A stretch of 63,944 nucleotides of DNA, counting the filler, from Octopus bimaculoides (Eukaryota): the NCBI RefSeq assembly GCF_001194135.2. It is 6 parts of 6 records of this genome, joined end to end, with 100 filler letters (N's around TTAATTAATTAA, not from the genome) between each part and the next. Parts side by side here need not be neighbours in the genome. Positions count along the whole stretch, not along the records: positions 1 to 17,175 come from NC_068995.1; positions 17,276 to 45,534 come from NC_068983.1; 4 more parts are not named here. The stretch is one strand, 5' to 3'. Made by a program: the position numbers and the translations under genes. The notes beneath the pieces are model-generated. The model was not told the origin of the DNA, ran no database searches, and saw only the letters and a program-made list of their open reading frames with translations. Shown here one piece after another: positions 11,520 through 25,533 of this stretch (its first letter is position 1; every line of letters starts with the position of its first letter).

Positions 11520-12230
11520 TCCAGGAATAACGAGGAAAGTTTTAGTTGAGAAAATGTTAAATGGCATGGGGAACTGGAAATGATTCGAATATTGAAAAAA
11601 CGCTTCGCGTATTATGATGATTCAAGCCGGGTGTGTGAATGCTGACACAAGGACTGCTCTAAGGACAGTGTAAAAGACATGACATGAAATATACAGTTAC
11701 AACGGAGACCACGAAGCCGTTGCCAGCAGGAAGAGACGTATCACACGCTCTGACTGCTACCGCACGCCTTGGTCCATCTACCGACTCCTGAACTGGGCCT
11801 TAGGCTCAGTCCAGACGACAACATAAAATGGCTGTGGCCATTTCATGGCAAGTGAAGAATGTTGGTGGTAGGTCATATGGGTATCAGCATTATGCAGTTG
11901 CTTGCCATAGCGTCGGAAAAGTCATAAGTGGTTGTCAGAGAATTTCTACGAGTTGACATGCCAAGATTTCTGGGCTTCTAATTCCTCCGATTGTAATCCC
12001 ATGGATTACTATGTTCTGGGTGTGGCTGAGTACCTCGCATTGTAACACAGAGGCCGAACTGGTGGCCAAAATCAAGCGGGTTTTCGAAGATCTTCCCAGG
12101 AATACAAAGAAACACTTGCCCCAGATTCCGGAATTGTCTTGAGGCTATGATGGACGCTGATGACGGCTACTTAGAGTAAAACGTTATCTCCCAGTCATAA
12201 GTTAATTTTTTTTATTGTTTTCCAGTACTT
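11520..12230 (+). mobile_element. Internally deleted maT/DD37D-like transposase remnant
   Basis: YNGDHEAVASRKRRITRSDCYRTP near 11700, then KSHKWLSENFYELTCQDFWASNSSDCNPMDYYVLGVAE at about 11917-12030. Confidence 0.75.
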
Positions 12231-12316
12231 TAAATCTTATATAGGATATATTATAGTCTTTTGCATGGACACGCACGCACTCACGCACGCACGCACACAC
12301 ACATGTATATGCATGT

Positions 12317-13490
12317 ATTGGGTCATCCTACAAGTAATGCTTTTGCTTTTTTAATTGTATACTCTAAAAATCAGAGGAGGAAGAGATAGACTACCTGAAC
12401 CAATTTGCTATAAAAGTAGGTCGTAATTTTACCTTGTGTCTTATTCTTAGTGCAAGTTTTGAAAAATGTAGTTCGATTTTATCAGTTTTTTTTCATAACT
12501 ATAATGGTCGTGACAAAGGAGCATATTTAGCATATTTCGCTTGAGTAGTTCAATAAAGGCAACGGAAAGTGCGAAATATATTAATGAAGTATATGGGCAT
12601 CGGACAATGAGCGTAAGCCAGTGTCAGTGGGGGTTCCAGAAATTCTGATCAGGAAACTACATCCTAGAAGACAAGCCTCGACGTGCAAGATCGGTAGAGC
12701 TCGACGAGCACGTCCTGCAAATTCTGGTGGAACAAAATCCCATCGTAACTGTTGAGGAACTAGCAGAGAAGCTTGGATTTGGTCATCCAACCATTCATTG
12801 ACACCTGCGTGCCATCAGAAATGTCAGAAACTTTGGTTAATGGGTTCCTCACAAACTTCCCGAGTCTCCGCGTGCGCAGACTGTGAATGAGTGCTCTTTG
12901 ATGTCACGTCTCACAAATGAACTTTTTTTCGAAAGAATAGTGACTTGTAACGGGAAATGGGTCCAATATAAAAATGTCAAGAGCCGAGGAGAGTGGGTAG
13001 GGAAAGGAGAAACACTGGTACCCCAGGCTAAAAGGAGTCTTCACTTGCGTAAGGTGTTGTTACCCTTTTGTTGGGATATCAAAGGTTTAGTCCACTTGGA
13101 ATTTTTAAACGCAAACGAAACGATAACAAAGGAGCACTTAGAGGAAAAACGACAATTTTTGGTTTCAAAACGAAAAGTGTTCTTACATTAGGATAATGCT
13201 CGGCCACATACAGCGAGGATGACGTACCAAACGCTAGAGCAGCTTGAATAGGAAACGATGCCCCACCATATTCGCCGGACATTGCCCAATCTGATTATCA
13301 TTTATTCCGAAGTTTTCAAAATCACTTAGACGGAAAAATATAAATTCTGTAGACGAGGTAAGACTAGTACTGGAGGAGTATTTTTCGTCCCGGACAAGTG
13401 AAATTTGGAAGAGGGATTTGTGAGTCTACCAGATAGATGGAAGAACATTGTAGAAAATGAAGGAGAGTATATTCTAGATTTTAAAAAAGA
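12317..13490 (+). mobile_element. Mariner (DD34D-like) element, decayed transposase
   Basis: TA-ttgggtcatcc left end; ATG at 12504; WVPHKL at 12841; ERIVTCNGKWVQY; VLLPFCWDIKG; FLH*DNARPHT near 13180-13215. Many stops; right TIR not seen. Confidence 0.9.
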
Positions 13491-13795
13491 ACATAGTTTA
13501 TCTTCTGTTGTGTCTGGGGAGAGTCATTTTGTTATTGTGCCTTAAAATTTAACACACTCACCGTTAAAATTTCGACTTATTATTTTTTTATTTTCCTANN
13601 NNNNNNNNNNNNNNNNNNNNNNNNNNNNNNNNNNNNNNNNNNNNNNNNNNNNNNNNNNNNNNNNNNNNNNNNNNNNNNNNNNNNNNNNNNNNNNNNNNNN
13701 NNNNNNNNNNNNNNNNNNNNNNNNNNNNNNNNNNNNNNNNNNNNNNNNNNNNNNNNNNNNNNNNNNNNNNNNNNNNNNNAAGAACATAGTTTATC

Positions 13796-14023
13796 TTCTG
13801 TTGTGTCTGGGGAGAGTCATTTTGTTATTGTGCCTTAAAATTTAACACACTCACCGTTAAAATTTCCACTTATTATTTTTTTATTTTCCTAAAATTTTCG
13901 TTGCGTCTTGCAACCTTTTCAATAGTCAAGACTATTTAAAAAATAGTAAGCGGAAATTTTAACGGTGAGTGTCCTAAATTTTAAGGCACGATAAGAAAAT
14001 GACTCTCCCCAGACACAACAGAA
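13796..14023. mobile_element. MITE with about 75 bp imperfect terminal inverted repeats
   Basis: ttctgttgtgtctggggagagtcatttt...ctcaccgttaaaatttcc pairs with ggaaattttaacggtgag...aaaatgactctccccagacacaacagaa. Confidence 0.85.
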
Positions 14024-14069
14024 TATGCTTCAACACACGAAATCACATAAAAAATCTTGCAAACCAAAT

Positions 14070-14770
14070 CCAAGATGTTAAATGGTCAAGTGCCCTGAAA
14101 GTAACTTGTTGCAGATTGCAGTAGTGATTGAATTCTTGAGATATCTCATTTGAATGTATTGTTTTTAATATTTGCGTAGGTGTTATTCTAAACAGCAGTA
14201 GTATTAAAGTAAGGAAGGAGGTGGCGGAAAGGAAGAAGCAGACGAAAATGAAGAAGGAGGAGAAGAGAAAGAATAATAAAAGAATGCAGCTTGGTGTGAT
14301 AGGAGTCGGATGTTAAATGGTCAACTGACCTAAAAGTGGCTCGTGGGTTATAAAAGAGAGGGGGACTGTTTTAATGAATTATTGGGTATCATTTTAATAT
14401 TCGCCTGTGTGTTATTCTAATGTCTTGGTGGATATGTCATTTGTTTTAGATGCGTTCAAAAGGGGTTTGTATTTTGTGATAAACAACGACTCCCTACTAA
14501 TTCGTTGGTTACAGGTTGCATCGTCTCTGAATTAATAGAGGGGAAACATTCTGAAGCTTGGATTTTTGTTGTTGGCGCAAATGTCGAAGTGTTGGCTGAA
14601 TGCCATTTTTCCGGTTTTTCTGAATTTTGATCTGGGATCTGTGCAGAGCCATCCTTTGACGTAGACTGGTTTTGTTTGGCCGATGTATTGCTCTTGACAA
14701 CCAGAGCAGGTTAGTGCATATATCAGGTTTTCCGAAGCAAATGTGAATCTCCTTTTCACTGTGAAACGTT
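14070..14770 (-). mobile_element. Penelope-like element: GIY-YIG endonuclease and duplicated 3' region
   Basis: ORF 14532-14759: RFTFASENLIYALTCSGCQEQYIGQT...FSQHFDIC, continuing RESLFITKYKPLLN. The 3' segment (gatgttaaatggtcaa...gtgttattctaa) occurs twice, at about 14075-14190 and 14306-14420. Confidence 0.85.
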
Positions 14771-15491
14771 GTTCCGGTCTGAAAGAGAAACTAATAGTGT
14801 GTGTGTGCCTGTGTATCTGAAAGGAGTGTCAATGGAAAAGAGAAGGAAATAAAGAAGGAAGGAAGAAGAAGGAATTGTGTTTACATCTATACAGTTGGTT
14901 AGTTCAAAAAAGGTAGGAGTCAAATATGAAAGCCAAGTGAATTGAGTTCAATTCTAGCTGGCACAAAAATGTCCGACTATCTGTGTTTCTTGCCAGTTTT
15001 AGGCCCTGTTGTTTCGAAGTTGAATAACGATTAAGAATAATGAAATATTGTGATGAATCAAGGAGTGAGGTATCTAAATATTTGTAAGTTCATTTTGTCA
15101 TAGGCATGGATAAAAACAAAAATATATATAATATAGCATTTCTGTAGTCATTTACTAATATAAATTGGCAAATGGTGCCATTGTTTTAGATACTGAGATA
15201 ACAAGTTCTAAAATAGTTTCGGATTCACTTTTAGGATCAAATCCATTATGGAATAAAGATACAAATAAATATAGTTACACAGATAGAGAAAGTATATGTA
15301 AAGGTATGAACATACAAAGATAGAATTTTGTGAAGTATGTGAAAGAATGAAAAGTGTTGGTGAAATATAAAAAAAAATTACAGTTTACTTTACAAATTTG
15401 GTCCTTCATCCAGTACAAATCATAACAGCAATAGTGGTATTTCACCAGCCATGGCTATATAGACACACACACACACACACACACACGCACG

Positions 15492-15527
<36 letters not shown>

Positions 15528-16019
15528 AACACACATACACAAACATACACACACGCGCGCACACACACACATACACACATACATATATATATATACATAT
15601 ATATANNNNNNNNNNNNNNNNNNNNNNNNNNNNNNNNNNNNNNNNNNNNNNNNNNNNNNNNNNNNNNNNNNNNNNNNNNNNNNNNNNNNNNNNNNNNNNN
15701 NNNNNNNNNNNNNNNNNNNNNNNNNNNNNNNNNNNNNNNNNNNNNNNNNNNNNNNNNNNNNNNNNNNNNNNNNNNNNNNNNNNNNNNNNNNNNNNNNNNN
15801 NNNNNNNNNNNNNNNNNNNNNNNNNNNNNNNNNNNNNNNNNNNNNNNNNNNNNNNNNNNNNNNNNNNNNNNNNNGATAAAGAACAATTCTTTACAAAAAT
15901 GAAGATATTAGGATGGGCAATAATGTACAAGGGAAAGTTTCTTGTGGAGGAGCTCAATGAAACAGATATGCATACAATTTCTTGTACATTGTGAGGGCAT
16001 TATTTTACAGACTAAGTTA

Positions 16020-17150
16020 ATAGTTCTAGATGGGTTTTAATTTTCATGTTTTCAGCCATTCAGTTTGGTTGCGAATTTTGTTATGGAGTATTTCTCCATA
16101 TTTTTCCCGAAGGCGGTGTCATTCCTCGGACATTTATAGAAGGGAAAGATGTTAAATTTCTTTCTCCACATGCTTCTAAGTGTTCACTCAGTGGAATCTT
16201 TCGTAGTTCCTCCTGTCGGACATGTTGTCTGTGAATTCTGGCTCGTTGGCATAAAGAATTTCCAGTTTCGCCTATATAATTCTCCTTGCATGTGGGGCAG
16301 GTTATGCAGTATATTACGTTCCGCGTCTTGCAATTCATGTCTGCATATAACTTGAATGTATGACCACTCTTAAATTTTATTTGTTTGTTCCCCTCTATAT
16401 ATTTGTAGATGGGGTCACTGCAGGCTCCACATCTACCATCTCCACACTCTTTTAAGAAGAATTCAGTTTTATTCTCTGATGAGAATTTTGCTCTTGTTAG
16501 GTGTTTTTAATTTTTCCTGGCGTTTACTGATTTTTATGCAATATTTTTTTAGTGGGTTTCCCATTTTGTGGCTTTCTAATATTATTGGTAATTTTAAATG
16601 TATAATGTGAAACATGTTGGTGATTCCAGGGTTCTGTGTGTTTNNNNNNNNNNGGAGAAGAAATTTAAATATTGGTGTGTGTCTGTCATTTTGTTGTAGA
16701 CGTCTGTTGTGATGAAGTTGTGTATCTTGATGTTGATGACTAAGAAGGGACGTTCGTTGTAGTTGTTATCTATTGTGAAGTGGATAGATGGGTGTAGTGT
16801 GTTGAGGATGATGTGGAATGTTCGTAGATCTTCTTCGGATCTGTTTCAAAAGATGAAACAGTCATTTAGGTAGCGTTTCTACTTTTTCTTGATGTCTTCT
16901 CTGAAGTTGTGTTCGAAGACGTTCCCTATTTCATCGTATAGTTTGTTCTCAAAGAAACCCAACACCAGGTTGACATATGAAGGTGCTAATTTCGTACCCA
17001 TAGCCGCGCCCTTTTACTGTCGGTATGACGTCTTAAATAAGAATGTGTTCTCTTCAAGTATTAATTGGGTGGCTTTGGTGATAAAGTCTGGTTTGAAACG
17101 TTTATCTATGAGTTCCCTGTAATTTTCTACCCAGTATTTTATCTCTTACA
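16020..17150 (-). mobile_element. Penelope-like element: RT C-terminal half plus GIY-YIG endonuclease
   Basis: AAMGTKLAPSYVNLVLGFFE (about 16950-17008), KRYLNDCF (YxDD-like, about 16860-16880), and ORF 16081-16338 NCKTRNVIYCITCPTCKENYIGETG...IPLSEHL. Confidence 0.9.
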
Positions 17151-17291
17151 GACATATATACACATATATGTATATNNNNNNNNNNNNNNNNNNNNNNNNN
17201 NNNNNNNNNNNNNNNNNNNTTAATTAATTAANNNNNNNNNNNNNNNNNNNNNNNNNNNNNNNNNNNNNNNNNNNNTATCTATCAATCACAG

Positions 17292-17668
17292 AGGCGCAAT
17301 GGTCCAGTGGTTAGAACAGCGAACTCGCAGTCGTAGGATCGCGGTTTCGATTCCTATACCGGGCATTGTGAGTGTTTATTGACCGAAAACACCTAAAGCT
17401 CCATGAGGCTCCGGCAAGGGTGGGAGCGAACCCTGCTGAACTCTTTCACCACTGCTTTCTCTCACTCTTTCTCCTTGTTTCTGTTGTACCTGTATTTCGA
17501 AGGGGCCAGCCGTGTCACACACTCTGTCTTGCTAAATCTCCCCGCAAACTACGTTAAGTGTACACGTATCTGTAGAGTGCTCAGCCACTTGCACGTTAAT
17601 TTCATGAGCAGACTGTTCTATTGATCGGATCAACTGGAACCCTCGTCGACGTAACCAAAGGAGTGCCA
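17292..17668 (+). mobile_element. tRNA-derived SINE (family shared with 51020-51338)
   Basis: A-box-like tggtccagtggt and B-box-like gtttcgattcc. The 3' half (tacctgtatttc...ctcagccacttgcacgttaatttca...cctcgtcg.cgtaacc) matches 51160-51330. Confidence 0.8.
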
Positions 17669-18080
17669 GGATATGTCTATCTATCTATCTATCTATCTAT
17701 CTTTTATGTTGTCTGAAACTAGAATAACATATCATGCAATATCACTTTGTCTTGGAATATCTTACTTTATTGCTCCCAACCAACGCACACATTAGGTACA
17801 CACACACCACTTAGCCTTTGCTTCTGTTCTTCACTCCTTGAAGAAATCGTAGGGTCACCGTCGTAATATACGATTTATTTTAGAAGAGGGAAAAAAAAGA
17901 CAGATAGGTGAAAGTAAACAGTGAGAGAAAGTCACAGATCGAACTTTATACACAGGACTACTACTTTATTTATCAGCCCCGAAGGAAAAGAAGGTAGAGT
18001 TGACTTCGGCAGGATTTGAACTCGGGGCGCAGGGATCAGTAACAGTTACTACAAAACATTCTGCCAGAAGCCCTCTTTCA

Positions 18081-18680
<600 letters not shown>

Positions 18681-19172
18681 CAGAAGCCCTATTTGACGCG
18701 CGCACACACACAAACACACGCATATATANNNNNNNNNNNNNNNNNNNNNNNNNNNNNNNNNNNNNNNNNNNNNNNNNNNNNTATATATATATATATTTGT
18801 ATAAATGCATGTATGCATGTACGTGTGTGTATAGTTGTATGTATTTTATACGCCGAGTTTCGCCACAGTTTGAGTTGTGTACAGCTGGCGTGAGCAGACC
18901 AGCCTAGAGACGAATCCAAAACAGACTGTGAAAGTTTATGATAAGCGTACTACTCACTCTACCCGGTGTATTGAGTTCTGTATCAGATAATGTTTGTGCT
19001 ATGTGAAATGTATTTTAGCATTCTCTCCAACACATATATTATGATATGCACATATATGCGTGCGTGTGTGCTTGCGCACGCGCGTGTGTATGCGTGCGTG
19101 TGTGTGTGTGTGTGTGTGTAAAAGAGAGAACTGGATCCTGAAAAGAGAGAGTTACACAGGGCATGAAAGAAG

Positions 19173-19204
<32 letters not shown>

Positions 19205-19923
19205 AGTTAGTGTTCATTTCACACTATGCATAGATAAGATGCAATTTTGCATCCGCAGTTCTTAGGTAATTACATCATTGGTGATTGCTGTAAACTAATT
19301 ATATGTCTGATAATTATAGCAGAATTAATAATAATAGTAATAATAATAATAATCATCTTCATCATCACCATCATCACCATCATCATCATTATTATTATTA
19401 CTACAGTTATAATGACAAGTAGCATCGTTAGTGTCTTAATATGATTAGCAGTGTTAATAATAGTAGTTTTATAAATAAAAAGTGCAAAGCCATCGCAAAG
19501 GAGAAATTTTAAATAGTATTCTCGATCACAATGCAGATTGTAACTTTTATATACGCACATTGTGCGTGCATGTGCATGTATGTACGTATATGTATATCTC
19601 TTTGCATTGTTTTAGCAGCACTTACATGTATATTTATATACATAAAAACTATACATATATATTTACTTACAAAACCTCACACACACATAGAGACAAACAG
19701 TCATTCACACACTCGCACGCACGCATACCACGTACATACAGCCGCACTCAAAGCTCTGTGATTAAGACCTTCTCTACGCAGCGACCACACACTATATATA
19801 AATATATATAATCGAAATAAGTAACAGGATATCAAGTAGTAATGCAGTACAACCGTTTCAAACGGCTCCATTTAATATAATAATGCAATCATTACATCAA
19901 TCTAAATACATCGCTATCTTCAA

Positions 19924-19970
<47 letters not shown>

Positions 19971-20322
19971 TAAGAAAAAGGGAGGAAGAGAATTTTGACT
20001 ATCCCCACGTGGTGAGTTGTAATGCAAACATTAAATATATTATAAAAGAAGGAAAATATACACAGTTTACATAGTTTTTTAAGTGTATTTTAAATGTATT
20101 TTAAGTGAAAGGGTATTCTGGTTATCGACCGGTTTCGCTTTCGTTAATCATGACATTGCAATTATTGTAATTTCGTATTTTCTTAAGATTTTAGCCCATG
20201 TTCCTGCATGAAAGTTTCTTGTATGAAAGTTATATACATACATACATACANNNNNNNNNNNNNNNNNNNNNNNNNNNNNNNNNNNNNNNNNNNNNNNNNN
20301 NNNNNNNNNNNNNNNNNNNNNN

Positions 20323-20394
<72 letters not shown>

Positions 20395-21549
20395 ATATGT
20401 ATACATACATACATACATGTATATATATATACACACATATACATATACATATGGAAACTTCATCCATCCATTCATCTATACATACAAACATACGTACATG
20501 CATGATAGCTACTCAACATTAAGTGTGATACATATGGCATGAAACACGATTCGTTGAACGTGTAATGAATTCTATCTCCAACATAAATACTATTTCTATC
20601 AGCCTTGTTAAATATGCAGTTATATATCTGACGACATGGTGTGAAGTAGACGTTTGGTTAAAATCCTAGAGATATCCATCTCAAACCTGGATACACAATG
20701 TAGCGATTTGCTACAAATAACATGGTTGAACATCTCGTTGATACTAGCTTGAGCAACTGAAGAGAAATAACATCACGATAGGTGAATTGAATGTTTTTAG
20801 TTACTGTTATACAAAAAAAAAACCGTAACGATAAAGCACATTTTTCATGGAATTATGAACTCAATAATGATTTAATTAATTGTTTTATAATGGCAAACAT
20901 TTTCCCTTGTTGACTATACCTCTGTATTGAAATTACTGTAGGATGAACTTTACCCGGTATGAAATTACCCAACAACTAACATTTGTTGAACGCAAGAGGA
21001 AGGCTGATGATTACTTTATAATTGATAAGCGTAATTTTATTGCCAAAAGTGTGAATATATTTTGCAAATAACGCTACGCTTTTACAAATAATAGTATGCC
21101 TAGGACAACATGCCTATAACAACGACGACATCACCTGTCACAACAGATTGCCATGCTGTCAATGCCTGTGGCAGTAATGACGTTAAATAGTGTACTACAA
21201 ACTGAAACAGCGCGAGTATTAAAAAGTGAGTTGTATCGTTAGTGAAATATTTCAAGAAGAGAATAATTTCATATTTAAGACTCTTGTTACAAGCTGAGAT
21301 TCGACTAGCATTAGTGAAACCAAATGATTGTTTAACGAAATAGAAGTAATGTCTCATTTTTAAGGCAAATTTACACTAGCATGCATGCCTTCTCAAAAGC
21401 TGCAAAGCCGCATCTTAGAAATACTAAAGTAGTAAAAAAAAAAACAATAAAAAGTGCTACTACTAATTAGATAAATAAAAATAAAAAATAGTTCATCGAC
21501 TGAAGACTACCAGTTTGTGGTGTTTATCCTATTCAAGTAAATGATTACA

Positions 21550-22335
21550 CTCTTCTGCAGATCAACACAAACATGCCCAGTGTCTTCAGAGTTTCATTTA
21601 TTACATCCAGATTCATGAAATATTTTGAAAACACTAAGTACATATCTATCCTCCAGAGTGTTTGGGTATCAATCTGAGGACATGTTCCGAGAGTGATAAA
21701 AATGAAGCATATAGCCAGCATCATGGTGTTTGGGGTGGACACTAGTGATGGCGATGTTATGCTTCCATTCCTCTTCCCACACGACCTCAGACTCAAAACG
21801 GAGGACTACATCAAGTACCCGGAGGAGGTAGTGCTACCCTGGGTCAAGTGGGTGGCTGCTGAAAGACCCTCTGTCTGGCAACAGGACTCTGCACTGTGCC
21901 GCACAAGCAGCAGAACCCATTCATAGCTGTCAGACAATTTCTGTGACCACATCAACCCTAATATCTGGCCACCTAACTCTCCAGACTGCAAACCCTTTTA
22001 TTATTATGTGTGGGGCGCTTTTGAGCGAGAGACCGACAAAACTCTAACACCAAAGATGAACTGAAGGCAAGGATTATGGCAGCATTCACCAACTTAAACA
22101 AGGAGATCGTTCTTGTGGAATTTGTGGAAATTTTTCCCTTGTGGAGTTGCAGGAGATTCCGAAGTCGTCTGGAAACTGTGGTTGAAGCCAATGGGGATTT
22201 TACTGAATAAATTTACTGTTCAGTATTTCAAGATATTTTTATGTAATTTTGGTAAATATATCTGTTAAAATGAGATGTCGGTTTTATTTTCATTTTTGCA
22301 TAACTTAGACGACAGTTTATTCACCGCACCCTGTA
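21550..22335 (+). mobile_element. maT/DD37D-like transposon 3' half with right terminus
   Basis: ORF 21693-21926: IMVFGVDTSDGDVMLPFLFPHDLRL...VVLPWVKWVAAERPSVWQQDSA, continuing IWPPNSPDCKPFYYYVWGAFERET. Ends ...ttcaccgcaccctg-TA. Confidence 0.9.
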
Positions 22336-23619
22336 TATATGTATATACGTAGTAGTTATTTAAAGCTTGGATATACACCTGGTAGTATTCCAATTAAAGC
22401 ACTTTCACTGTCTATGGCTACCTAATGTCATCCACAATGCTGGTATAAATGCCACTAGATCAACCCCAGGAATTCCTCAGATTTTTCCTCTTTTTATTGA
22501 AAAGTCACCTGACGAGACACAGCTGCACCGAAGAATGCAGTATAACCAGTTGCATAGTATCTCACCCGTGAGGGATCGCAGCAAGATGAGTCGAAATGAT
22601 CGTTGCGGTTAATAAAGAATCACGTGAATTCCCTTTTCTGTTTCTCTCGTGTTATATATAATTTCTGTATGTGTGTACGTTTGTGTATCATTATTGATAA
22701 TAATAATTATTAACCCTTCGTTAGTTACATGAGGTGTGTTGTCACCCCAAATTATTCTAAATGCTCGTAATTTCTAATTTGCGACATTTCCCCCACTTCC
22801 TCTGCTTTCTGATTCAGTGAGTGTTGCAGGTGGTGTAACGCAGTCGCGGTTCAGTTGTCGTGGGAGGTACACGTCGATTTCGTTTAGTCACCCCATGTGA
22901 CTAACGCTGTTCAAGTTTTGATTTAATGGATATTGTAACGGAGATTGCCTGTTATGTTACTTTTTAATATTAATATTCATCATTGATATTAAAAAATTCC
23001 ACAAAATATTGTATTCTGAGGGGTATTTTCAAAATAAATGTGATCTAAATCCAAGATCTTTTTCGTTTTTCCTTAAATTCATAATTTTTTTATTGTATAG
23101 TTCTGTATTAATATCAATCAGCCACAAGGGCTTCAAACTTTTCAGCAGTGATTGCAGATATAGCCTAAACCAGCAAAATGAATATATTTTACATAATACT
23201 AAAACTATAAACATTTCTGTATTTAGGTGTGTAAACACCCCATGTAACTAACCATGTTCAGAAAGGTCAGGTGATTAATGAATGGTTAATGAAAGAGGGT
23301 CTACCAATACCAGACCCATGACATGGTTTGTTTCAATCCTCTACGAGACGCTGTTGTTAATGCTAAGAATACCTTTTATTGTCTTTAATCCGATTGCTAC
23401 TTAAATTTTAATTACAAAAGCGGCTGAAGTATTATTATAGAATTTATGATAGACTATGAAGATTGGCAAAAGTCTAATATATTCCTGAAAACTATGTGTG
23501 AATTGTAATACCTCTGAGAAACTGATGTCATGAGTGTTACTTTTTCATTAATGGATTATAGTAATATTAACCGTAACCATAATACAATTCATATTAGAAA
23601 CCTTTGATAATATTGATTT

Positions 23620-24392
23620 CAAATTCTGGCACAAAGCCAGTGAGTAAGGGGGAGGGGTATGTCGATTACATCGAACCCAGTGTTCAACTGGTACTTATTT
23701 TATCGACTCAAAAGGATAAAAGGGTAAGTCGACCTCGGCGGAATTTGAACTTAGAAGGTACAGACGAACGAAATACCGCTAAGCATTTTCCCCGACGTAC
23801 CTTAGAAACCTAAAATAATATTGGCCCTAAAATAATATTATACACAGCTAGTTACTAATTAAAGAACCCGTAAAAAGTAAAACTGAAGTAAAGCCACGAT
23901 TAGGATTCAGTTCCGTTCTTGGTTCAATAGATTTTTGTTAACATTTGTCGAATTTATTGCATGTTGAGAAGTCGGTGAGCTGACAGAAACGTTAGCACTC
24001 CGAGTGAAATGCTTAGCGGTTTTTCGTCTGCCGTTACGTTCTGAGTTCAAATTCCGCCGCGGTCGACTTTGCCTTTCATCCTTTCGGGGTCGATAAATTA
24101 AATCCCAGTTACGCACTGGGGTCTATGCAATTGACTCAATCCCTTGTTTTTTCCCCTCTATGTTAGGCCCCTTGTGGACAATAACGAAATAAGAAACGTT
24201 AGCACTCCGGGCGAAATGCTTAGCGGTTTTTCGTCTGCCGCTACGTTTTGAGTTCAAATTCTGCCGAGGTCGACTTTGCCTTTCATCCTTTCGGGCGTCA
24301 ATAAATTAACTACCAGTTGCGTACTGGGGTCGATCTAATCGACTGGCTCCATCCCCTAAAATTTCGGACTTTGTGGCTAGAGTAGAAAAGAA
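23620..24392. mobile_element. Cluster of three copies of one tRNA-derived SINE family (one minus, two plus)
   Basis: gaaacgttagcac.ccg.g.gaaatgcttagcgg...gagttcaaatt..gccg.ggtcgactttgcctttcatcctttcggg at 23985-24170 and 24193-24390; reverse complement at 23690-23795. Confidence 0.85.
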
Positions 24393-24489
24393 TATATAAA
24401 ATTTAAGTAATTAAGTGAAACGGAGCAACACTTTCAGAATTTTCACAGAAGAGAAAATCACTAACTGATGTGAATTATTACTCTCTTTA

Positions 24490-24763
24490 CTCTTTTACTT
24501 GTTTCAGTCATTTGACTGCGGCCACGCTGGAGCACCGCCTTTTTATAATCGAGGAAATCGACCCCAGAGCTTATTCTTTGTAAGCCTAGTACTTATTCTA
24601 TCGTTNNNNNNNNNNNNNNNNNNNNNNNNNNNNNNNNNNNNNNNNNNNNNNNNNNNNNNNNNNNNNNNNNNNNNNNNNNNNNNNNNNNNNNNNNNNNNNN
24701 NNNNNNNNNNNNNNNNNNNNNNNNNNNNNNNNNNNNNNNNNNNNNNNNNNNNNNNNNNNNNNN

Positions 24764-24814
<51 letters not shown>

Positions 24815-24980
24815 CATACATATATACGGCAGGCTTCTTTCAGTTTCCGTCTACCAAATCCACTCACAAGGCTTTTGTCAGTCCGAGGCTATAGTAGAAG
24901 ACACTTGCCCAAGGTGCCACGCAGTGGGACTGAACCCGGGACCATGTGGTTGGTAAGCAAGTTACTTACCACACAGCCAT
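24490..24980 (-). mobile_element. tRNA-derived SINE with internal (CA)/(TA) microsatellite
   Basis: Head gtggctgtgtggtaag...ggttcagtcccactgcgtggcaccttgggcaagtgtc on the minus strand; tail ccagcgtggccgcagtcaaatgactgaaacaagtaaaag. Same family at 32215-33025, 39575-39870, 54090-54490 and 57455-57812. Confidence 0.85.
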
Positions 24981-25497
24981 AAGTTTTAGTTGTGTATACA
25001 TGTAAAACAACAGTCAACAGTTGTCAATACACCACTGACATTCATGAATACCCTTATATATACTACATGAACATCACTGTTTTATCATAAACTGTCGGAT
25101 TCTGAAAATCCCCCAACTTATCGTATGACAGCCGATTGAGAAAGCAGGTGGTACGATTCAACGTTATTTATTTTTTCCCACAAGATGTCAATAAACTTGT
25201 TATGAATAAGACCAATGCTGATAATAAAATATAGTCAGAAGGATATATATGTATATATATNNNNNNNNNNNNNNNNNNNNNNNNNNNNNNNNNNNNNNNN
25301 NNNNNNNNNNNNNNNNNNNNNNNNNNNNNNNNNNNNNNNNNNNNNNNNNNNNNNNNNNNNNNNNNNNNNNNNNNNNNNNNNNNNNNNNNNNNNNNNNNNN
25401 NNNNNNNNNNNNNNNNNNNNNNNNNNNNNNNNNNNNNNNNNNNNNNNNNNNNNNNNNNNNNNNNNNNNNNNNNNNNNNNNNNNNNNNNNNNNNNNNN

Positions 25498-25533
<36 letters not shown>

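Noticed and set aside
13483-13890. Apparent direct duplication of about 110 bp on both sides of the 13599-13779 gap
   Set aside because: Near-identical sequence flanking a gap is most simply an unmerged contig overlap.
15876-15994. Open frame DKEQFFTKMKILGWAIMYKGKFLVEELNETDMHTISCTL after a gap
   Set aside because: No splice signals or recognisable family; position fits the 3' region of the adjacent minus-strand Penelope-like element.
16855-16865. In-frame TGA codons in Penelope RT as possible selenocysteine
   Set aside because: They fall at apparent Trp positions in copies with many other stops and frameshifts; simple decay explains them.
17220-17231. TTAATTAATTAA islands inside gaps (also 45579, 49842, 53006, 62403)
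   Set aside because: Each is flanked by 44 N on both sides (100 bp total) and gives stops in all six frames; this is a synthetic scaffolding linker, not genomic sequence.
17292-17360. tRNA-like sequences (also 18364-18432, 51020-51085, 60690-60745)
   Set aside because: A/B-box-like motifs are present but the cloverleaf is broken and each runs into SINE body; these are SINE heads, not tRNA genes.
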